From contig JBEPZY010000007.1 in the NCBI GenBank assembly GCA_041640595.1, positions 53,611 to 117,610 of the forward strand: a stretch of DNA of 64,000 bases, read 5' to 3'. A model generated the notes under the pieces. That model was not told the DNA's origin. It made no database searches and was given only the letters and a program-made list of their open reading frames with translations. A program made the translations under genes and the position numbers. The DNA is from Gemmatales bacterium. GTDB lineage: Bacteria; Planctomycetota; Planctomycetia; Gemmatales; HRBIN36. This document shows, in pieces, positions 58,988 to 64,000 of this stretch (position 1 is its first letter; every line of letters starts with the position of its first letter).

Positions 58988-61102
58988 TTAGGGCATGGGA
59001 AAGCCACCGCCCGGCTGGGGAGGTTTGAAGCCAGGGTTGCCAGGAGCATTTCCGGCACCGGGCTGCGAACCGCCGACGTAAGCAGGTAGTCGCATAGGCA
59101 GGGATTGTTTTCGCATGAACGCCAGCCATTCTTCCTGCAGTCGCTGGCACTTCGACTCATCGAGCTTGTCGGGTTGTTTCGGGTCAGCCAGGTCGAAGTG
59201 AAGAGCGAAGATACTCTCGACCACGTCCGGGCGAATGGTCATGTCGCGCGGCAACCGGCTCAGCTCATCGTAAAAGAGCATGAGCTGCTGCCAGCGGGTC
59301 TGGGCGAGGAAATAGATGAGTGCCCAGCTCTCCGCCTGGGCTTTGAGTAAAAGCAGGTCGCGCTGTTCCGGTTGGGCTTGCCATGCCTGACGGTAACCTG
59401 CTCCCGTCAGTACTTCCCGCAACACCACTGGCTTAACGGGGATTTTGATCTCGCGTTGTGTTTTTTCGTTGAAGACGACCTCGCCCGCCTTCAAACGCTC
59501 TTCCTGAGTGAAAAAGTTGAACACGGGCAGGTAAACCCAGTGAGGATTTCCCAGACCGCTGTAAAAACTGGCCGCACGGAATTCGCCGTTACTCTTAGGC
59601 GTTTCCAGAAGGCTAATGAAACCGTCGCTGAGGGACTCGGGCAAATGCACACGTGCTGGTAAGACGCCGACGGCATCGAGAATCTGTCGGGAGCCTTCGC
59701 TGGTGATCGTGGCCACGATCCCTTCTTCGTAGATAGCGGGCGAGGAATTGATGACGATGCGCGCCAGACTCAATGTGGCCATAGCGTTGGCATCCTGCGT
59801 GGCCATTTGTTCTATGATCGGAAGAAACTTCTTGAGCTGCGGATTGGGCCTGGCGAGAGCCTCAATTGTGAGTTGGAGTTCTTGAGGAAGCGGTTGGCCA
59901 CCGAATAACTGACCAAGCAGCTTGTTGCCAACGTCCAGCAGCAGCGCGTTGATGTCCTGCAACCGACCCTGGAGTCGGACATAAGCGGGATCGGCCCGCT
60001 GAGGAGAAATTACCAGGACTTTATCGGCCGCGGCATAGAAACCGTCCGCGGTTGTTGGCCGCGTTTCTCCCAAAGTTTGTCGCAATTTCTGATAGGCTGG
60101 GACGCTTTCGGCAAGCCAGACTACCAGGCGGTGTGGTGGCTGGGGCAAAGGTGTGCCCCGAAAAGCAAACCAGTAATAAAACCCGTGATAGAGCCGCTCC
60201 AGTCGTTCGAGCGTATCTTCCGCCTGCTTTTGATCCTGTTGCAAGTGAATGATCGCATAATGCCCGCGGGTAGTGAGCACGTATTTGCCACCGGTCAGCG
60301 AGGCCAGGCGGTTCAACAAGTCTCCCGCCTCGGGCAGGTCTTCTTTGAGGTGTTGTCGTGTTTCCAGAAGTCGGCGAATGATATTGCGATCCGCTTCGGG
60401 CAATTTTTCCAGGCCCGTCTTTTCCCACGCTGCTAACTGCTCTTCAAACCTCTTGAGCATATCGAAACCGGTTCCGGCCCGATAGGTCCAGTGTTCGAGC
60501 ATCCAACGCGCCAGCTCCGCCGGAGATTTTTGCGCCAGGTTTTTCTTTTTGGCCAACTCATCGAATTCCCGGCTCAAGCTCGGCGCTGGTATAGGGTAGA
60601 TTTCCGCCATGTTGGCTACACCGATGCCGGGCTGAAATGTAAACTGCCCGCCGTCATAGCGGAAAATATACGGCCCCTGAGGTGAGCGTGCGACGATTTC
60701 GCCCTGAAGGACAGCGAGGAACCATTCGGCAGCTCCTGGCGTTTCCTGAGGTGTGCCTGGCTGATTCGGTTGACCGGGTATGCCTTCGCCGACCCCACCA
60801 ACACCTGGGAACCCAGGAGCACCTGCCCCGATACCACCGAGTCCAGCGCCCGGAATGCCAAAGCCAGGTTTACCAGGAATTCCTGGTTGGCTAGGCACTC
60901 CCGGTTGCCCGGCCACCTGGGGCGGCCCACTTGTGTCGCCGACATTGATGCGAAAGACCAGGTAATCTGCCCACGCCGGTCCGGTCAACAAGCTCGCTAC
61001 GATCAGCAAAGAAAACCAGCCGAATAGTTTTTGCACCCGTCTTGCTTGGGCTCCACCGCGCTGGCTAACGATGCTTGATTCTGCAGTTATGACCCGCCGC
61101 AT
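58988..61102 (-). CDS. Secreted DUF1570-like protein with Pro/Gly-rich termini
   Basis: Signal peptide (AWA), LERLY.GF, DGFY, AESWALIYFL; AGGAG RBS. Confidence 0.7.
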   Translation of the reverse strand: MRRVITAESSIVSQRGGAQARRVQKLFGWFSLLIVASLLTGPAWADYLVFRINVGDTSGPPQVAGQPGVPSQPGIPGKPGFGIPGAGLGGIGAGAPGFPGVGGVGEGIPGQPNQPGTPQETPGAAEWFLAVLQGEIVARSPQGPYIFRYDGGQFTFQPGIGVANMAEIYPIPAPSLSREFDELAKKKNLAQKSPAELARWMLEHWTYRAGTGFDMLKRFEEQLAAWEKTGLEKLPEADRNIIRRLLETRQHLKEDLPEAGDLLNRLASLTGGKYVLTTRGHYAIIHLQQDQKQAEDTLERLERLYHGFYYWFAFRGTPLPQPPHRLVVWLAESVPAYQKLRQTLGETRPTTADGFYAAADKVLVISPQRADPAYVRLQGRLQDINALLLDVGNKLLGQLFGGQPLPQELQLTIEALARPNPQLKKFLPIIEQMATQDANAMATLSLARIVINSSPAIYEEGIVATITSEGSRQILDAVGVLPARVHLPESLSDGFISLLETPKSNGEFRAASFYSGLGNPHWVYLPVFNFFTQEERLKAGEVVFNEKTQREIKIPVKPVVLREVLTGAGYRQAWQAQPEQRDLLLLKAQAESWALIYFLAQTRWQQLMLFYDELSRLPRDMTIRPDVVESIFALHFDLADPKQPDKLDESKCQRLQEEWLAFMRKQSLPMRLPAYVGGSQPGAGNAPGNPGFKPPQPGGGFPMP

Positions 61103-61163
61103 GTTCTATCTCCTGCGTATATTGGTGCCCGTTGCACTAACGCCAACTTTCGCCGTTCTGAAC

Positions 61164-61667
61164 TTATTTTCCCAGATCGGCGGAGAAAATGCAACTGCCT
61201 GCGGCAAGGTCTTCTGCAAAACGATAAACCGCTTCTTCGTAACCATCGGCACTCATGGCTTGCGGACGCAACCGTCTTACCATAGCGATCGCCTCCCGGG
61301 CAGTGCAACGGTATCGCTGAACCAGATAACACGCCAGCACTGCTCCCGTGCGATCCATACCGTGATAGCAATGCACTACTACCTTGCGGCCCTGTCGTCT
61401 GTGCTCTTCGATAAAGTCAAACACTGCCGGCAGGCTACGCAAGAACTCTTGTTGCAGCTCCGGCGTGGTGAGCAAAATCATGGGCCGATACGCGGGCAGA
61501 TGCGCCAGACCTGCCGCTGTTATCTCCTCCGGACAGACGTTGCTGCTGTCCAGGGAAACAATTCCACCGATGCCCGCCCGTACCCAGGATTGCAAATCCC
61601 ATGGTGCCGACGCAGGGCCGCACCGGCCTCCCACTGCTTCCGGATTGATCCAGTAGATGTGTTCCAT
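61164..61667 (-). CDS. Dual-specificity/tyrosine protein phosphatase family protein
   Basis: P-loop VHCYHGMDRTG (HCx5R); AI..VR..RP. Confidence 0.9.
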   Translation of the reverse strand: MEHIYWINPEAVGGRCGPASAPWDLQSWVRAGIGGIVSLDSSNVCPEEITAAGLAHLPAYRPMILLTTPELQQEFLRSLPAVFDFIEEHRRQGRKVVVHCYHGMDRTGAVLACYLVQRYRCTAREAIAMVRRLRPQAMSADGYEEAVYRFAEDLAAGSCIFSADLGK

Positions 61668-61988
61668 AGCCGACCCGCTCTCTGAGCGAAAGTGCAGAAC
61701 CTTTTTCTAGCAAGCCTGTGTATGGCTGCAAGAGGGCTTTGCCGATTCGCTTGCCCCGCCTAAGTTCGCCCTTGCAAACTGTCCAAGAGACGTTATAGTT
61801 TGCGACAATTGAGGCGGTCCGGATCGCCGTCGGTCGCAACGATGGGAAAAAAACCCAATCAGGACTGCAACAGGATTAGAAATGCCGACCTGGATGGATA
61901 CCATTTCCCAATCCGACTACCTGCAAGGCCTCTGCTGTTCGCCGTGCCCGAAAGCCAGAGCACATTGCCTGCAATTGAGGCCAGGCCA

Positions 61989-62798
61989 ATGAGTGCGAAA
62001 TCCCTTTTTATTCATCCGACAGCCATCATTTCCGCAGAAGCGGAACTGGAGCCGGAAGTTCGCATCGGCCCATACACCATTATCGAGGGGCCGGTGCGTC
62101 TGGGTCGGGGTACCGTGGTCGGTCCCCACTGCCACATTATCGGCCCGTGCACCATCGGCAAAAACAACATGATTGCCAGCAATGTCGTCATCGGCGGGCG
62201 ACCACAAGACCAGAAGTATCGCGGCGAATCTACCGGCGTGGAAATTGGTGACGATAACATTATCCGCGAAAACGTGACCATTCACCGCGGCACTGCTCAG
62301 GCGCGGTTGACGCGCATCGGTCATCGCAATTTTCTCATGGTCGGTTGCCACGTTGCCCACGACTGCCAGGTGGGCAACGATTGTGTCCTGGCCAACAATG
62401 CCTTACTGGCTGGGCACTGCGTCGTGGAAGACTTCGCCTATATCTCCGGTAACTCCGCAGTCCATCAACATTGTCGCCTGGGGCGGCTGAGTTTGATTTC
62501 GGGTTGTTCCGCGGTATCGAAGGATGTCCCGCCTTTTATCATCCAGCAGGGACACAATCAGGTGCGCGGTATTAACGTCGTGGGAATGCGCCGCGCTGGT
62601 TTCCGCTCGGAACAAATTGATGCCATCCGCCGACTCTATCATATCGTATATCTGCAAAATCTAAGCGTACCAACAGCCCTGGCGCGAGTGGAAACCGAAT
62701 TAGGACATATAGATGTTGTCCGGGAATTCATCCGCTTTGTTCGCGCTTCACGGCGTGGCATCTGCGGGACACGAGGCGGTTTGGCCGACGCCGCTTGA
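61989..62798 (+). CDS. lpxA: UDP-N-acetylglucosamine acyltransferase
   Basis: IHPTAII hexapeptide repeats, PQDQKY, IRENVTIHRGT, HVAHDC, VHQ, KDVPP. Confidence 0.95.
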   Translation: MSAKSLFIHPTAIISAEAELEPEVRIGPYTIIEGPVRLGRGTVVGPHCHIIGPCTIGKNNMIASNVVIGGRPQDQKYRGESTGVEIGDDNIIRENVTIHRGTAQARLTRIGHRNFLMVGCHVAHDCQVGNDCVLANNALLAGHCVVEDFAYISGNSAVHQHCRLGRLSLISGCSAVSKDVPPFIIQQGHNQVRGINVVGMRRAGFRSEQIDAIRRLYHIVYLQNLSVPTALARVETELGHIDVVREFIRFVRASRRGICGTRGGLADAA

Positions 62799-63504
62799 GG
62801 TTCCCTTTGTTAGCCGAGCACCTCACAACAACCTGGCCGCTCAATTCTCCGTTATCATCCCCACCTGGAATGAAGCGGGCTATCTCCCCCGGGCCATTGC
62901 GTCTGCTCGACGTAACAGAGCTGGTGAAATCCTGGTGGTTGACGGCGGCAGTACCGATGCTACCGTGGAAATTGCCAGGGAGTTGGCCGATCGCGTCTTT
63001 GTAACGGTGCGGGGGCGTGCTTCGCAGATGAATTGCGGTGCCAGGCATGCCCGGGGCGAATTTCTTTGCTTTCTCCACGCCGACTGTTGTCTCGGCCCCA
63101 ATGCCTTGATGGAAAGTGCTCGGCTATTAGAGCGTTCCGAAATAGCAGGTGGCTGCTTTCGCCAGCGACACGATATTTCTTCGTGGCAGTATCGCTGGCT
63201 TGACGCCGCTGCCAGCGCACGCCTTCGGCTATTGGGTCTGGCTTATGGTGACCAGGGGTTCTTTGTGCGACGCGATGTTTTCCTGCAACTCGGAGGTTTT
63301 CCCGACGTTCCTATCTTTGAGGATGCGTTACTATGGCAAAAGCTAAGCCGTCATGGCAAACTGGCGTTGGCCCGTTCGACCATCCTGGTCTCGGCACGAC
63401 GCTGGCAGCAGAACGGCTTCTGGCACCAACTTTGCCGCAACGGTTTTCTGGCTTGTGCATTCCTCCTGGGAGTACCTCCACACGCACTGGCCGGCTATTA
63501 TTAG
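62713..63504 (+). CDS. Family 2 glycosyltransferase (TIGR04283-like)
   Basis: SVIIPTWNEA, VDGGSTD, GRASQMN.GA, FLHAD, YGDQG, SARRW. True start uncertain because it overlaps lpxA. Confidence 0.85.
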   Translation: MLSGNSSALFALHGVASAGHEAVWPTPLEVPFVSRAPHNNLAAQFSVIIPTWNEAGYLPRAIASARRNRAGEILVVDGGSTDATVEIARELADRVFVTVRGRASQMNCGARHARGEFLCFLHADCCLGPNALMESARLLERSEIAGGCFRQRHDISSWQYRWLDAAASARLRLLGLAYGDQGFFVRRDVFLQLGGFPDVPIFEDALLWQKLSRHGKLALARSTILVSARRWQQNGFWHQLCRNGFLACAFLLGVPPHALAGYY

Positions 63505-63604
63505 CAATAGCCACCCATAATTTCGCCCCATGGATATTGAGAATGCACGCCTCACAACAATAATAACGGTGAATTCAACTGACCATCCCGGCAGGAGACC
63601 TGAC

Positions 63605-64000
63605 ATGCCAACTGCGAAATCCACTGGTTTCCTGGTCGTGCTAGCGCTGTTTAGTTTGTGGCAAAGCGCACTATGTGCTGAGGCATCTAAGCCAACTCGA
63701 AGGCCTAACATTATCTGGATCACAGCGGAAAATATAAGTCTCGATTTAGGTTGTTACGGCGAGAAACTGGTGCACACGCCGAATTTAGATCGCCTGGCTG
63801 CGGAAGGCATGCGTTACACGCGGGTGTTTGCCACCTCTCCAGTTTGTGCTCCTAGCCGAAGCGCGTTTATGACCGGTATGTATCAAACAACGATAGACGT
63901 TCACCACATGCGCTGCCATCGCGATGATGATTATCGTCTTCCTCCGGGTGTGCGGCCACTAACACACCGTTTGGCCGAGGCTGGTTACTTTACCGCGAAT
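63605..64000 (+). CDS. Secreted sulfatase, 3'-truncated by window edge
   Basis: My translation: signal peptide, RPNIIWI, TPNLDRLAAEG, formylglycine motif CAPSRSAFMTG. AGGAG RBS. Confidence 0.92.
   Translation, partial: MPTAKSTGFLVVLALFSLWQSALCAEASKPTRRPNIIWITAENISLDLGCYGEKLVHTPNLDRLAAEGMRYTRVFATSPVCAPSRSAFMTGMYQTTIDVHHMRCHRDDDYRLPPGVRPLTHRLAEAGYFTAN

Noticed and set aside
1..64000. tRNA, rRNA, transposase, integrase or prophage genes
   Set aside because: None recognised by eye; a tRNAscan/Infernal run would be needed to exclude small RNAs.

Overview
A 64 kb chromosomal window, very likely from a planctomycete. This is inferred from DUF1501, DUF1570 and DUF1571 proteins, many BamB/PQQ-like beta-propellers, an LEPR-XLL-type secreted protein, a sulfatase and H4MPT C1 genes. 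In order: the tail of a nonulosonic-acid (probably legionaminic acid) glycan cluster with two paralogous uncharacterised GT-B-like proteins (1-7.9 kb); housekeeping genes; three degenerate CRISPR-like repeats (12.6 kb); an isolated cas6 plus APE2256-family CARF gene pair (20.4-22.8 kb); ispF-cysS-ruvC with a heptamer-based repeat element in every intergenic gap (29.6-33.2 kb); a 14 kb uncharacterised cluster (34.3-48.2 kb); an H4MPT/C1 module with a hybrid-motif PTPS (51.7-56.2 kb); an orphan DNA methyltransferase; lpxA; and a truncated sulfatase. The 14 kb cluster is the best candidate for an undescribed system. It encodes a PaaK-like ligase, three secreted beta-propellers, an EhpF/GriC-like adenylating enzyme, a GriD-like reductase, an Fe-ADH, a HemN-like radical SAM enzyme, two GcvH-like carriers and a tandem-DGC protein. 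No rRNA, tRNA or transposase was recognised. All family assignments come from motif recognition by eye, not from database searches.
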